Shown here: positions 39,299 through 49,152 of the stretch, piece by piece
Layout of the letters: the number at the start of each line of letters is the position of its first letter
Position numbering within the stretch: the stretch's first letter is position 1
Assembly (NCBI GenBank): GCA_965223705.1
Contig: OZ245015.1
Coordinates: 288,001-352,000, forward strand
Direction of reading: 5' to 3'
DNA: 64,000 nucleotides
From: Myxococcota bacterium
Lineage (GTDB): Bacteria > Myxococcota_A > UBA9160 > UBA6930
Notes under the pieces: generated by a model
What the model saw: only the letters and a program-made list of their open reading frames with translations
Told to the model about the DNA's origin: nothing
Databases searched by the model: none
Program-made: the position numbers and the translations under genes

Positions 39299-39865
39299 GT
39301 GGCAGAAGCGGAACGGGTCGAAATCGCGGACGAGGCGCTCATTCGCGCGGTTGCGGGCGGCGACCACGACGCGTTGGCCACGCTCTACGATCGGCACGTC
39401 GGGGTGATGATGGCGGTGGCGGTACGCATCCTGAAGAACCGCGCAGATGCGGAAGATCTCCTGCACGACGTTTTCGTCGAGTCCTGGGAGAAGGCCGCCA
39501 ATTTCGATCGCCACCGAGGCACCGTGCGCAGCTGGCTGTTGATCCGGGTGCGCAGCCGCGCCATCGATCGACTGCGTTCGCTCGCAGTCGCCAAGCAGCA
39601 CGCCGTGATCGAGAAAGACAACGTCACACCGGTATTGCCGGAATGGGAAGCGGCGGATCGCGAACGAGCGGAGCGAGCTTTGAGGCAGCTCCCCGACGAA
39701 CAGCGGATCCTCGTCGAGCTGTCCTATTTCGAGGGATTGACCTATCGCGAAATGGCCGCGCGTTGCGAGATCCCGATCGGGACGGTGCGTTCCCGAATCG
39801 CGGCAGCGATGAAGAAGTTGCGCAACGATCTTCCGGCGGAACCTCTGGAGGACGCCCAGACGTGA
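39299..39865 (+). CDS. ECF sigma factor (SigK-like)
   Basis: ALATLYDRH, DAEDLLHDVF, RSRAIDRLR, LSYFEGLTYREMA, PIGTVRSRI. GTG 39299 chosen as start. Confidence 0.92.
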   Translation: MAEAERVEIADEALIRAVAGGDHDALATLYDRHVGVMMAVAVRILKNRADAEDLLHDVFVESWEKAANFDRHRGTVRSWLLIRVRSRAIDRLRSLAVAKQHAVIEKDNVTPVLPEWEAADRERAERALRQLPDEQRILVELSYFEGLTYREMAARCEIPIGTVRSRIAAAMKKLRNDLPAEPLEDAQT

Positions 39866-40440
39866 GTGAGCCGCGCGACAGCGATCGCCTCGGTCCGGAT
39901 CTTCTCGACGAACCGCTTGAAAGCGCCGAGCACCCGTCGGAAGGGCTCCGCCGGTCGATCCTCGAAACGGTGCGTCCGGAGACGCGGTTCCGCGGGTTCG
40001 CGGACCGCATAGCGTCTTTCCTCGACCTCGATGCGAGCGCAGCTCGAGAAATTCTTCGCGAAGCCGCGGAGGCCACGAGCGCCGACTGGCGCGAAGCCAT
40101 GCACGGAGTTCGCTTGTTCGACTTCGTGGGAGGCGAGCGCGTTCGCGAAGCGCACTGCGGTTTGGTCCGCGTCGCCCCCGATGTGGCGTTCCCGCGCCAC
40201 GATCACACCGGAGATGAATGGACGTTCGTGCTCCAAGGAGAGGCCGTCGAAGAGGGAACGGGCCGCGTCTTCCGACCTGGCGACCTTCTGCACAGCGAGC
40301 AGGGAACGAGTCACGCTTTTCATTCCGTCGGTCGAGAGCCCTTCGTGTTTGTCGTCGTGCTCGAGGGTCCTGTGAAAGTTCACAAGGGCAACTACCTCAT
40401 GAACGAGGCCCGCCGCATTCTGCGACGGGCCCGTTCCTGA
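39862..40440 (+). CDS. ChrR-like cupin-domain anti-sigma factor
   Basis: GTGA overlap with the sigma stop; cupin motifs FPRHDHTGDEWTFVLQG and PGD...SHAF. Confidence 0.8.
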   Translation: MSEPRDSDRLGPDLLDEPLESAEHPSEGLRRSILETVRPETRFRGFADRIASFLDLDASAAREILREAAEATSADWREAMHGVRLFDFVGGERVREAHCGLVRVAPDVAFPRHDHTGDEWTFVLQGEAVEEGTGRVFRPGDLLHSEQGTSHAFHSVGREPFVFVVVLEGPVKVHKGNYLMNEARRILRRARS

Positions 40441-40466
40441 ACCACCAGAACCGAATCGCGAGTGCG

Positions 40467-40874
40467 CTACAGCACGCGTAGCGTGCCCCGCGTCGCCATT
40501 CTTGCGGGCTGCGCTTGGAGACTCCCGGGACTGAGCCACACTTCGTAGGTGTACTCACCGCGATCGAGCGCACAGGCGCTCAGCGTGTCGTTGGGGCGAA
40601 GCACCGGTGACTCGAGACGTCCGGCCTCGCGCCGAAACATCTGGCCGGCGCACTGGATTTCGTCGGCTTCATCGCCGGCGATGACGATGCGCGCAATTTT
40701 CGTGGAATCGTTGAGCCAGCTCACCGTGCCGCCTTCGGGAATCTCCCGGGCCTCCGGCGCGGGGATCGCCCCTTGGATGCGGATGAGGTGCGCCATTCCG
40801 TTCGTCGTCGCGTGTGCGAAGGACGCGCTCGCGAGCACGGCCAAAGCGGCGAAAAGAGTCTTCTTCACAATCAA
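40467..40874 (-). CDS. Small secreted cupredoxin-like protein
   Basis: Signal peptide, GGTVSWLN, GEYTYEV, GTLRV. Type-1 copper ligand set not evident. Confidence 0.55.
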   Translation of the reverse strand: MIVKKTLFAALAVLASASFAHATTNGMAHLIRIQGAIPAPEAREIPEGGTVSWLNDSTKIARIVIAGDEADEIQCAGQMFRREAGRLESPVLRPNDTLSACALDRGEYTYEVWLSPGSLQAQPARMATRGTLRVL

Positions 40875-40914
40875 TCCTCCTTTGGGTTGGACGTTCTCGC
40901 CCGGGTTGTGCGGT

Positions 40915-40943
40915 GTCTACGGGCGAGGGCACGATTCGGTTCG
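40915..40943 (-). promoter_or_regulatory. Putative ECF-sigma promoter of the cupredoxin-like gene
   Basis: CGAACcgaatcgtgccctcgccCGTAgac; 22 of 29 nt identical to the copy at 39143-39171. Confidence 0.7.
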
Positions 40944-40986
40944 ATGAGCCCAAGCCGGGCGCCCATTCGGCCGATACGCTCCCCGT

Positions 40987-42483
40987 ATGTCGACCGCCAG
41001 CAGCCTTCATGAACTGACGACCCTGGTGCGCTCCTATCACTCGCTGATCGTGATCGAGTCAGACGAGGAGGAGCGCGCACGCCATCTCGTCGGCGCCGCG
41101 GCGAACGTCTTGGGGGTTTCGTGTTTCGAGTGGTCTGTGGCCCAAGGTCTCCACCTGGCCGTGGGTGCGGAGCCTACGGGGCGCGGTATCACGAACACAC
41201 ATGAGGCAGCCGGGGTGCTCCGTCACTTGCTGACCCTCGAGCGCGATGCGGTGTTTCTCCTCAAAGACTTCGCCGTCCATCTCGAAGATCCGGTGGTCTC
41301 CCGACTGCTTCGCGAAGTATGTCAACGGTTCAGTCGTACGCAGTCTGCGGTGGTGTTGACCGGGAGCTCGGTGACATTGCCGAAACAGCTCGAAGCACAC
41401 ACGGCGTATCTACCCTTCGATCTGCCGACCCGGGAAGAGCTACGAGCCGCCGTGACGAGTCTCGGCGATTCGCTCCTTCGACATTCGGATGTGCGCTTGC
41501 GTCTCGAACGAGAGGAACTCGATCGCTTGGTCGACGCACTGCGCGGTCTGACACTCAACCAAGCCCGCCAGGCGGTGGCCTTCGCCGCGCTCGAGGACGG
41601 CGAGCTCAACGCTTCCGATATCGTCTCGGTGGTCGATCGGAAAGCGCGGCTCATTCAGGACAGCGGTGTCCTCGAATATTTTCCAGCGGACGACAATGAG
41701 TTCGAACTCGGTGGCTTTGAAAAACTCGGAGCCTGGTTGCAACGCGCCGAGCAGGGTTTCAGCGAGAAGGCGGCGGCTCTCAACCTGTCGCCACCGCGCG
41801 GCGTTCTGATGGTAGGCGTTCAGGGATGCGGAAAGTCCCTCGCGGCGAAATCGATCGCCAAGCGCTGGAGGCAGCCCCTGCTGAAGCTCGACGCCGGTCG
41901 ACTCTACGACCGATACGTCGGTGAGTCCGAGAAGAACCTTCGCCGCGCGCTCTCACTGGCGGAAGCGATGGCGCCGGCCGTCCTCTGGATCGATGAAATC
42001 GAGAAAGCCTTCGGCACAGGTGACGAAGGAATGGACGGGGGGCTCAGCCGTCGCGTGCAGGGTCATCTTCTCACGTGGTTGCAGGAACGGCGAGCCGCGG
42101 TCTTCGTCGTGGCGACGGCGAACGACGTGTTCTCGCTGCCTCCTGAACTCATTCGCCGCGGTCGCTTCGACGAGATCTTCTTCGTCGATTTGCCGAAACC
42201 GAAAGAGCGTCAGACGATTTTCGAGATCCATTTGCGGTTGCGACGACAAGATCCGGAGGCCTTCAATGTGGGGGCGCTGGTTGTGGCGAGCGAGGGGATG
42301 AGCGGTGCGGAGATTGAACAGGCCGTCGTAGCCTCGCTGTATCGCGCCCTTCACGAAGACGTGCCGCTCTCCGACGAATTGTTGTTGCGGGAGCTCGATG
42401 CGACGGTTCCACTTTCCCAGAGTCGGCGTGAAGACATCGCGCGTCTGCGGACGCTCGCCGAGCGGTTCAGCCCGGCGAGCTAA
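40987..42483 (+). CDS. Ycf46-like AAA+ ATPase
   Basis: [41 protein letters not shown]. Confidence 0.88.
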   Translation: MSTASSLHELTTLVRSYHSLIVIESDEEERARHLVGAAANVLGVSCFEWSVAQGLHLAVGAEPTGRGITNTHEAAGVLRHLLTLERDAVFLLKDFAVHLEDPVVSRLLREVCQRFSRTQSAVVLTGSSVTLPKQLEAHTAYLPFDLPTREELRAAVTSLGDSLLRHSDVRLRLEREELDRLVDALRGLTLNQARQAVAFAALEDGELNASDIVSVVDRKARLIQDSGVLEYFPADDNEFELGGFEKLGAWLQRAEQGFSEKAAALNLSPPRGVLMVGVQGCGKSLAAKSIAKRWRQPLLKLDAGRLYDRYVGESEKNLRRALSLAEAMAPAVLWIDEIEKAFGTGDEGMDGGLSRRVQGHLLTWLQERRAAVFVVATANDVFSLPPELIRRGRFDEIFFVDLPKPKERQTIFEIHLRLRRQDPEAFNVGALVVASEGMSGAEIEQAVVASLYRALHEDVPLSDELLLRELDATVPLSQSRREDIARLRTLAERFSPAS

Positions 42484-43481
42484 GCGGCCTCGAAGGTCGA
42501 CCAGCACCCCGTTGCTTCAAGCCGGGGTCGGATCGCCGCCACGGCGTCAGCGGGTAAGGCAGCGAAGGCTTCGCGAAGCCACTGCAAACACTTGACCTGA
42601 TAGCGGAACGACGGCTGTTCGTAGTCGTGATCGAGGAGGCGTACTCGAACCATCGGCTTGCCATTGGCGATAGCGGCGGCGTTTGCACGAAGAAACGGGA
42701 GGTAGGTATCCCCCGCGATGCGGAGGAGATCGTCGATCGCCGCGACCGGCGTGTCGCTCCAGGTGCCGTCAACACCCGAGAGATCGTCGACCCGCCGCAC
42801 CCAATACTCGGTGAACGGCGCTTTCCCGCGCATCACCGAGAGGGCGGTCGGGTCGGTGGCCAACGTCTTCAGCTGGCCATAGAGCCCAAAATCGGCGAGG
42901 GATGGGCGGGAGCCGAAGAGGAAGCACTCGTTGCCGACAAAGCCTTCCATTGCGGCCAGTAGTCGCCGATAGCTCGCTTCGATGATCGGACCATTGTTCG
43001 GGGTGCACCCGACGAGAGGCATGCGCTCGACTTGACGCTTCCGAAACGTCGCGGCCGCTTGCTCGACCTTCGAGGTCTCGTCGGGTTCCGACGTGTCGCT
43101 CATCACCCATCGCGATGCGAACAGGCCGTCGGTCTCGTAGGCAAAGCGCTGGTAGAACAGCGCCTTGGTCAGCCACTCGTCCGCCATGTCTTCGATGATC
43201 CGGGCTAAGAACGCATGTCCGGGATCGTCGGGAAGAATCGAACGCTCGCTCGGACGATCCTTTTCGATTTCCAGAAGGATCGGTGTGCTGTCCGCCATGT
43301 AGTCTCCGTTCGGGAGCTGCACCACGGGCATGACGGCCGGACGCACGTGCCGCGTCTCTTCGAACATCTGTGGAAACCGGCAGATCCACCGATGGGGGAG
43401 GCGTCGGTAGCGCAGTACCGCGCGAATTTTCACCGTGTAAGGAGAGGATTCAATTCCGATCAGTCGGTAACCGTCCGGCAT
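42480..43481 (-). CDS. Glutathione S-transferase-family protein
   Basis: SPYTVKIRAVLRY, MPVV, DSTPI, EDMADEW, FLFGSRPSLADFGLYGQL. Confidence 0.85.
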   Translation of the reverse strand: MPDGYRLIGIESSPYTVKIRAVLRYRRLPHRWICRFPQMFEETRHVRPAVMPVVQLPNGDYMADSTPILLEIEKDRPSERSILPDDPGHAFLARIIEDMADEWLTKALFYQRFAYETDGLFASRWVMSDTSEPDETSKVEQAAATFRKRQVERMPLVGCTPNNGPIIEASYRRLLAAMEGFVGNECFLFGSRPSLADFGLYGQLKTLATDPTALSVMRGKAPFTEYWVRRVDDLSGVDGTWSDTPVAAIDDLLRIAGDTYLPFLRANAAAIANGKPMVRVRLLDHDYEQPSFRYQVKCLQWLREAFAALPADAVAAIRPRLEATGCWSTFEAA

Positions 43482-43521
43482 CCCGTCTATAGTACGGAAC
43501 CCGAGGAGCACCGCCCGAGCG

Positions 43522-44628
43522 ATGGAAGCACGCGCTGTCACGTCACGCCGTTTCGAAGGAGAGAACCGATTCAAACTCGGCCTTTTTTCTTACAACAACT
43601 ACGGTGGGTTGACGAACACTCTCGCACCTGAACGATGGCAAGCAACGTGGCCGAATATGGTCGAGCTCTCAAAACGGGCGGAGGCCGCCGGTCTCGAGTT
43701 CTTGTTGCCTCTGGCGGGTTGGCTCGACCACGACGGCGATGCGGAGACCGATGGACATTTTCACGAGACCCTGACCTGGGCCGCTGGGCTTCTCGCGGAG
43801 ACGGAACGGATTCACGTGTTCGCGACAATCCACGTCCCGTTTCTCCATCCGGTGTTCGCCGCGAAACAGGCGACGACCTGCGACCACATCGGAAACGGAC
43901 GACTCGGTCTCAACCTTGTGGCCGGCTACAACATCGACGAGTTCGCCATGTTCGGCATCCCGTACCGGGAGCACGACGATCGCTACGCGTATCTCGAGGA
44001 ATGGCTCGCCCTTGTGACGCGCCTATGGGCGGAAGACGAGCCGTTTGATTTTGCGGGGCGATTCTTTGATCTGAAACAAGTCTGGGGTCAGCCGAAGCCC
44101 GTTGGCCCCGATCGACCGATGGTCGTGAGCGCGGGTTCCTCGCCCACCGGAAGGGGCTTTGCGCTTCGTAATGCCGACGCGCTCTTCATGGTGATCCCCG
44201 ACATCAAAACGCTTGCGAATGAACTGGCCGTCGTGCGCCGGTCGATGGGCGAGCGAAAGATCAGAATTTTCGCGAGCGGTCACGTGTTCTGCCGCCGGAC
44301 GAAGAGCGAGACCAAGGACTACTACGACTACTTGGTTCACGAACAGGGGGATTGGTCGGCCGGTCGCTACCTCTTGAAGTCCTACGAGGAGATCAAATCC
44401 GTTCCCGCCGAGGTGTTGGCGCAACCGCAGTTTATCGAGCGTTTGATGAGCGGGTACGGAACGTTTCCCGTGGTAGGTGATCCGGATGAGGTCGTCGCGA
44501 CTTTCAAGCGGATTCATGACGCGGGGATCGACGGAATGGCTATCGCTTTGCCGTCTTACCTGGACGACTTCGACATCATCCGCGACGAGGTGCTGCCCCG
44601 CATGGTCCATGCGGGCTTGCGCGGCTAG
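43522..44628 (+). CDS. LLM class flavin-dependent monooxygenase
   Basis: FKLGLFS, AEAAGLEFLLP, TIHVPFLHP, DHIGNGRLGLNLVAG, AGSSPTGRGFA. Confidence 0.88.
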   Translation: MEARAVTSRRFEGENRFKLGLFSYNNYGGLTNTLAPERWQATWPNMVELSKRAEAAGLEFLLPLAGWLDHDGDAETDGHFHETLTWAAGLLAETERIHVFATIHVPFLHPVFAAKQATTCDHIGNGRLGLNLVAGYNIDEFAMFGIPYREHDDRYAYLEEWLALVTRLWAEDEPFDFAGRFFDLKQVWGQPKPVGPDRPMVVSAGSSPTGRGFALRNADALFMVIPDIKTLANELAVVRRSMGERKIRIFASGHVFCRRTKSETKDYYDYLVHEQGDWSAGRYLLKSYEEIKSVPAEVLAQPQFIERLMSGYGTFPVVGDPDEVVATFKRIHDAGIDGMAIALPSYLDDFDIIRDEVLPRMVHAGLRG

Positions 44629-45581
44629 CCCGTGCCTTCGATCACACGCTGCCAGCGCGTGACAAACTCGTCGAGCGAGAAGCGCTCGCGCGCGACGTCG
44701 CGTCCCGCCGCACCGATGTGGCGCGCGTATTCGCGGTCCTCGAGCAGCCGACGCGTTCCCTCTTGGAGAGCCTCGGGATCGTCGGAGACTACACCCGACA
44801 CGCCGTCTTCGATTGGGCAGCTCGGGTTCGCGTTCGACACGACGGGAAGGCCGGTCGCCATGGCCTCGAGCGACGCCAGGTTGTAGCCATCTTCCAGTCC
44901 GGCGCGCGCCGTGTGAACGAAGAAGCGGTGATGTCGCAGCAGCTCGCGCAGGTGATTCCAATTCTCGGCGGGCGCCACCCCGGCGAGGTCTGGATTCTCT
45001 CCGACGAGACGGCACGGGTGGTCCGCGTCGAAGACGCGTTCGTGCAGCGGCCAATCGAGGTAGGCGGACTTTGCCGTCACGTGGTTCGCGACCCGCAGGC
45101 CTTCGGCGATGTCCCCCTCCCACGGACCGTACGATGCGACATCGACGGCACCGCGGATCACCGTCGCGGGCAAACCCCAGCTCTCGGCTTTCATCTCGGA
45201 AATCATCACCAACGTCGTCTCGGTCAGTTCGAGATAGCGGCGCACGGTTTCCCGTAGCGCCTCCGGAGACACCGACGCGCCTTCCTGCTCGATGCGGCCG
45301 GTGAGGGAGCTATGCAACACGAGGATTCGCCTACGCGAGGCGACATCCTTTGCGGCGAGCAAATCCGAGAGCGTGTGGCCGATGACGCAGTCGTAGGACG
45401 TGCCCCCCCTCGACAAGTCGGCGATCGAGACCACGCGCACGTTCTCGGGGAGTGGACGCATGCGCGCGTCCCACCCCGCGAAGTGGTGGCCTGGGAGATC
45501 GCAGACGACATCCATCGGGTAGCCCGTCTGTGCCAGGTTGTGGATGTACGCCTCGTGAGAGTTGAAGGTCAGAACCCGCAT
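44625..45581 (-). CDS. GT-B fold (family 4-like) glycosyltransferase
   Basis: LEAMATGLPVVS, IEDGVSG, GAAGRDVARERFS. Confidence 0.85.
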   Translation of the reverse strand: MRVLTFNSHEAYIHNLAQTGYPMDVVCDLPGHHFAGWDARMRPLPENVRVVSIADLSRGGTSYDCVIGHTLSDLLAAKDVASRRRILVLHSSLTGRIEQEGASVSPEALRETVRRYLELTETTLVMISEMKAESWGLPATVIRGAVDVASYGPWEGDIAEGLRVANHVTAKSAYLDWPLHERVFDADHPCRLVGENPDLAGVAPAENWNHLRELLRHHRFFVHTARAGLEDGYNLASLEAMATGLPVVSNANPSCPIEDGVSGVVSDDPEALQEGTRRLLEDREYARHIGAAGRDVARERFSLDEFVTRWQRVIEGTG

Positions 45582-45664
45582 CGATGCCTTTTTCGCGCGC
45601 AGGGCCGCCGAGCGTCGGGGTTTCTATACTCGGAGCATCCTATCGACTTCCGAGGAGGTGAGCG

Positions 45665-46291
45665 ATGAGCGAACTCGACATCTACGACAAGCAGGGCTTC
45701 GGGCACAGCTCCGGGCTCGGAACGCGTCCGGCGCTACTCATCGTCGATTTCGTCAACGGTTTTACGGACCCCGGGGCTTTCGGTGGCGGAAACATCGCAG
45801 AGGCAATCGCGGCGACGCGGGGGCTTCTCGCGGCCGCCCGAGAACACGGCGTCCCGGTCGTCTTCACTCGGGTGGTGTATGCCGACGACGGTTCCGATCT
45901 CGGCGTGTTCGCGACGAAGGCCGTCTCACTCGGGACCCTCACGGAGCACGCACCTCCCGCCCAGATTGTCGATGAGCTCAAGCCCGAGCCGGGGGAGTAC
46001 ATCGTCCGAAAGACCCAGCCTTCGGCATTCTTCGGAACCGAGCTCGCACCGTGGTTGATCGGTCGTGCGGTCGACACGGTCATCGTCACGGGCTGTACCA
46101 CCTCGGGTTGCGTTCGCGCCTCGGTGGTCGATTCGATGAGCCATAATTTCCGGACCGTTGTCGCGCAAGACGGTGTCGGCGATCGCGCGATCGGGCCGCA
46201 CGAAGCCAACTTGTTCGATATGGAACAGAAGTACGCCGACCTCATGACCTGTGACGAACTGATTCGTTACTTCGAGAAGCTCGCGTCTTGA
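45665..46291 (+). CDS. Isochorismatase-family cysteine hydrolase (N-carbamoylsarcosine/maleamate amidase-like)
   Basis: LLIVDF, KTQPSAFFGT, GCTTSGCVRASVVD. Confidence 0.88.
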   Translation: MSELDIYDKQGFGHSSGLGTRPALLIVDFVNGFTDPGAFGGGNIAEAIAATRGLLAAAREHGVPVVFTRVVYADDGSDLGVFATKAVSLGTLTEHAPPAQIVDELKPEPGEYIVRKTQPSAFFGTELAPWLIGRAVDTVIVTGCTTSGCVRASVVDSMSHNFRTVVAQDGVGDRAIGPHEANLFDMEQKYADLMTCDELIRYFEKLAS

Positions 46292-46740
46292 AGCACGTCA
46301 TCTGGGCGGTCCTTTTTGCGCTCGGTTGTAGCGGCACTGAAGCGGGTCCTGAAGAGCGCATTCGCGAGGTTCTGGCCGCCGTAGAGCACGCGGCCGAGGT
46401 GGGCGATGTGTCGGAGATCAAGCGGCACGTCGCCGAGGCGTACGCGGACGATCGCGGCAACGACCGGCGCGCGATTGTTCGCTACGTCCAGTTTCACCTG
46501 TTGCGCAACGAGCGCCGCCATCTGCTGACGCGCATCGCTTCTCTAGAAGTTGCAGGCCCCGCACAAGCGCACGCGGTGGTTCACGCCGGGCTCCTCGGGA
46601 GGCCAGCGGAGAACCTCGAAGAGCTCAGTGCCATGCGCGCCGATCTCTACACCTTCGATTTCGACTTTGTCCTGGAGTCGGGAGCTTGGCGGGTGGCCCG
46701 CGCCGACTGGAAGCGCGCCGCGCCCACCGACCTCTTTTGA
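46288..46740 (+). CDS. Lipoprotein, NTF2-like
   Basis: FALG-C lipobox, YADDRG, WRVARADW. TTGA overlap with upstream stop. Confidence 0.7.
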   Translation: MKHVIWAVLFALGCSGTEAGPEERIREVLAAVEHAAEVGDVSEIKRHVAEAYADDRGNDRRAIVRYVQFHLLRNERRHLLTRIASLEVAGPAQAHAVVHAGLLGRPAENLEELSAMRADLYTFDFDFVLESGAWRVARADWKRAAPTDLF

Positions 46741-46745
46741 GTGAT

Positions 46746-47546
46746 ATGAACGAGGAGGCAACGCTGATGACGTATGGCGAGGCGACGATGGAGGCGCGTT
46801 CTCCGAACGTGGTTCCGGGCGGCGATTGGCGCATTTGGTTCGGACTGGGCTCGACGTTCTTCTGGGTAGGCCTCGGCATGCTCTATATCGAAAGCAACCT
46901 CGGCTGGGCGTCCTTCGCGACGCAACCGGCGGAGGTCGTCGGATCGTTTCTCGAAGGCGCCTTCGCACCCCTGGCGTTTCTCTGGCTCGTCATCGGATTC
47001 TTTCTCCAGCAGCGCGAGCTGCGCGAGAACAGTCGCGCGATTCGTCTGCAGTACAACGAGCTCCGCCGCACCGCGGAAAGCGCCGAAGCACAGTCGCGCG
47101 CCCTCGAAGCGAACGCCCGCCACCAACAGCGAGAGACTTTCCTGTTGATCAGCGATCGCGTTCACCGACAACTCGGCGCCGTCACCGGTTTGCTCTGGAC
47201 CTCGAGCCAAGCTTCAGGCGACGACCAAGACGCTCCTGAAGAGCTCGTCAACGACCTGTGGGGGCGTCTCGGTGCAGGCGATCCGGAAGCGTTTGCCCGA
47301 CAGCTTTTGGGCCTCTACTACCGCGGCCAGAGCGACGGGCGCGACATGTCGCATCTCTTCTACGGGACTGAAACGAGGACGCGCCACGTCCGCGTGTTTC
47401 GACGCGTCTTCAGGCGTCTTCTCAAAGCCGCAAAGGAATGCGACGGAGAGGACGGCATGATTGTCGAGTCGCTGGTCGGCAGCCCGCACGGCTTGCTCTA
47501 CCGTGTGATCGACGAAGTGCGGGCCACGGGACCCAACGAAGCGTAA
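46746..47546 (+). CDS. Uncharacterised membrane protein
   Basis: Two TM helices, GSFLEGAFAPLAFLWLVIGFFLQQREL, then a coiled coil. Confidence 0.75.
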   Translation: MNEEATLMTYGEATMEARSPNVVPGGDWRIWFGLGSTFFWVGLGMLYIESNLGWASFATQPAEVVGSFLEGAFAPLAFLWLVIGFFLQQRELRENSRAIRLQYNELRRTAESAEAQSRALEANARHQQRETFLLISDRVHRQLGAVTGLLWTSSQASGDDQDAPEELVNDLWGRLGAGDPEAFARQLLGLYYRGQSDGRDMSHLFYGTETRTRHVRVFRRVFRRLLKAAKECDGEDGMIVESLVGSPHGLLYRVIDEVRATGPNEA

Positions 47547-47556
47547 GCAGGGAAAC

Positions 47557-49143
47557 ATGACGGCAAAGATCACGTTTCACGGGGCCGCAGGTACGGTCAC
47601 GGGCTCCTCCTACCGGATCGAACACGATTCCGGGACGTTTATGGTCGATTGCGGCATGTTCCAAGGGAACCGCTCGGTTCGCGATCTCAACTACCGCGAC
47701 TTTCCGTTCGATCCCGAGCGGCTCGACTATCTGATTGTCACGCACGCGCACATCGACCATGCGGGGTTGATCCCCAAATTGGTGGCGAAGGGCTTCGACG
47801 CACCCATTTTCGCCACCGCGCCGACGAAAGATTTGTTGAGCTACATGCTGCCCGATTCGGCGAAGATTCAGGAATCCGAGGCCGAACGGAAAAACCGCCG
47901 GAACCTCCGAGAGGGCAAGCCGCGAATCACACCCGCCTATACGAGTGATCACGCACGGGCTGCCCTCCGAAAGATCAAGGTCCGATCCTACAACGGCTGG
48001 TTCTCGCCGGGCCCAGGCGTTCGGGCGCGCTTCTGGAACGCGGGCCATATCTTGGGCTCGGCGTCGGTCGAACTCGAGATCCGAGACGCCGATCACCCGA
48101 AGCGGCCCCTGCGGATGCTGTTCTCCGGCGACCTGGGTCCGGATGAAAAGATGTTCCATCCGGACCCCGACGCACCGAAGGGTTTCGACTACGTCCTGTG
48201 TGAGTCGACGTACGGCGGGGTCGATCGACCCGACTTGACGCTCGAGGAACGCGCCGGAAATCTCGGTCGCGAGATTCGCATGGCGATGGAACGCGGCGGC
48301 AATCTCATCATCCCGTCCTTCGCGGTCGAACGCAGCCAGGAGCTTCTACACGATATCGGTCTATTGATGGTACGCGGGGAGATTCCAGACGTCCCGGTCT
48401 ACTTGGACAGCCCGCTCGCACGAAAAGTCACGAACGTCTTCATCAAACACGCCGAAACCCTCGACGATCTCGGAATCGACGCCAAGGAACTCTTTCAGCA
48501 TCCGCAACTCAAGATCGTCCAGTCTGTCGCGCAATCGAAGCAGATCAAGGACGTCGAGGGCGGCGCGATCATCCTTTCAGCGTCCGGCATGTGCGACGCC
48601 GGTCGCATCAAGCACCATCTTCGCAACAACCTCTGGCGTCGCGAAGCCACGCTGTTGTTCGTCGGCTACCAGGCGCCGGGGACGTTGGGCCACATCTTGC
48701 GTGGTGGGGCGAAGGTTGTGCGCATCCACGGCAGGACCGTCGAAGTGAACGCCGTCATCCGAGAGATCGGCAACTATTCCGCTCACGCCGATTCGAAGGA
48801 GCTCGTCGCTTGGGTCCAAGAGAGAATGCCGGCGACCGGCGGGATCTTTCTGACGCACGGCGAGGAATCGCGCCGGAAAGAACTCCGTCAAGAGCTCATT
48901 CGGGTCGGCCTGCCGCCCGAGAAAGTATTCCTCCCCGCGCTCGACGAGTCGTTCTCCTTGGCCATTGATTCGACGGTGCGAGAAGAGCCTGCCGCGCAGC
49001 GCATCGCACCGAGCGAGCTCGAACGCGATTGGTACAACGACTACGCAGCGCTGATTCTCGAACTGGGCAGGCGGCTCGAAGCGACCTCGGATTCCGCAGA
49101 GCGACGAGCGCTTCTGGGCCGCATTCGGGACGCTCTCGACTAG
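47557..49143 (+). CDS. Beta-CASP MBL-fold nuclease (YSH1-like)
   Basis: GAAGTVTGS, DCGMFQG, THAHIDH, AGHILGS, SGDLG, ESTYG, SGMCDAGRI, YSAHAD. Confidence 0.92.
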   Translation: MTAKITFHGAAGTVTGSSYRIEHDSGTFMVDCGMFQGNRSVRDLNYRDFPFDPERLDYLIVTHAHIDHAGLIPKLVAKGFDAPIFATAPTKDLLSYMLPDSAKIQESEAERKNRRNLREGKPRITPAYTSDHARAALRKIKVRSYNGWFSPGPGVRARFWNAGHILGSASVELEIRDADHPKRPLRMLFSGDLGPDEKMFHPDPDAPKGFDYVLCESTYGGVDRPDLTLEERAGNLGREIRMAMERGGNLIIPSFAVERSQELLHDIGLLMVRGEIPDVPVYLDSPLARKVTNVFIKHAETLDDLGIDAKELFQHPQLKIVQSVAQSKQIKDVEGGAIILSASGMCDAGRIKHHLRNNLWRREATLLFVGYQAPGTLGHILRGGAKVVRIHGRTVEVNAVIREIGNYSAHADSKELVAWVQERMPATGGIFLTHGEESRRKELRQELIRVGLPPEKVFLPALDESFSLAIDSTVREEPAAQRIAPSELERDWYNDYAALILELGRRLEATSDSAERRALLGRIRDALD

Positions 49144-49152
49144 AATGGTTCC

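Noticed and set aside
40447..40475. GAACCGAATCG resembling the ECF -35 element
   Set aside because: No CGTA at the 17-nt spacing and no gene downstream in that orientation.
40987..49143. AAA ATPase and beta-CASP nuclease as an anti-phage system
   Set aside because: They are 5 kb apart among metabolic genes, both look like common housekeeping-type families, and there is no defence-island context.
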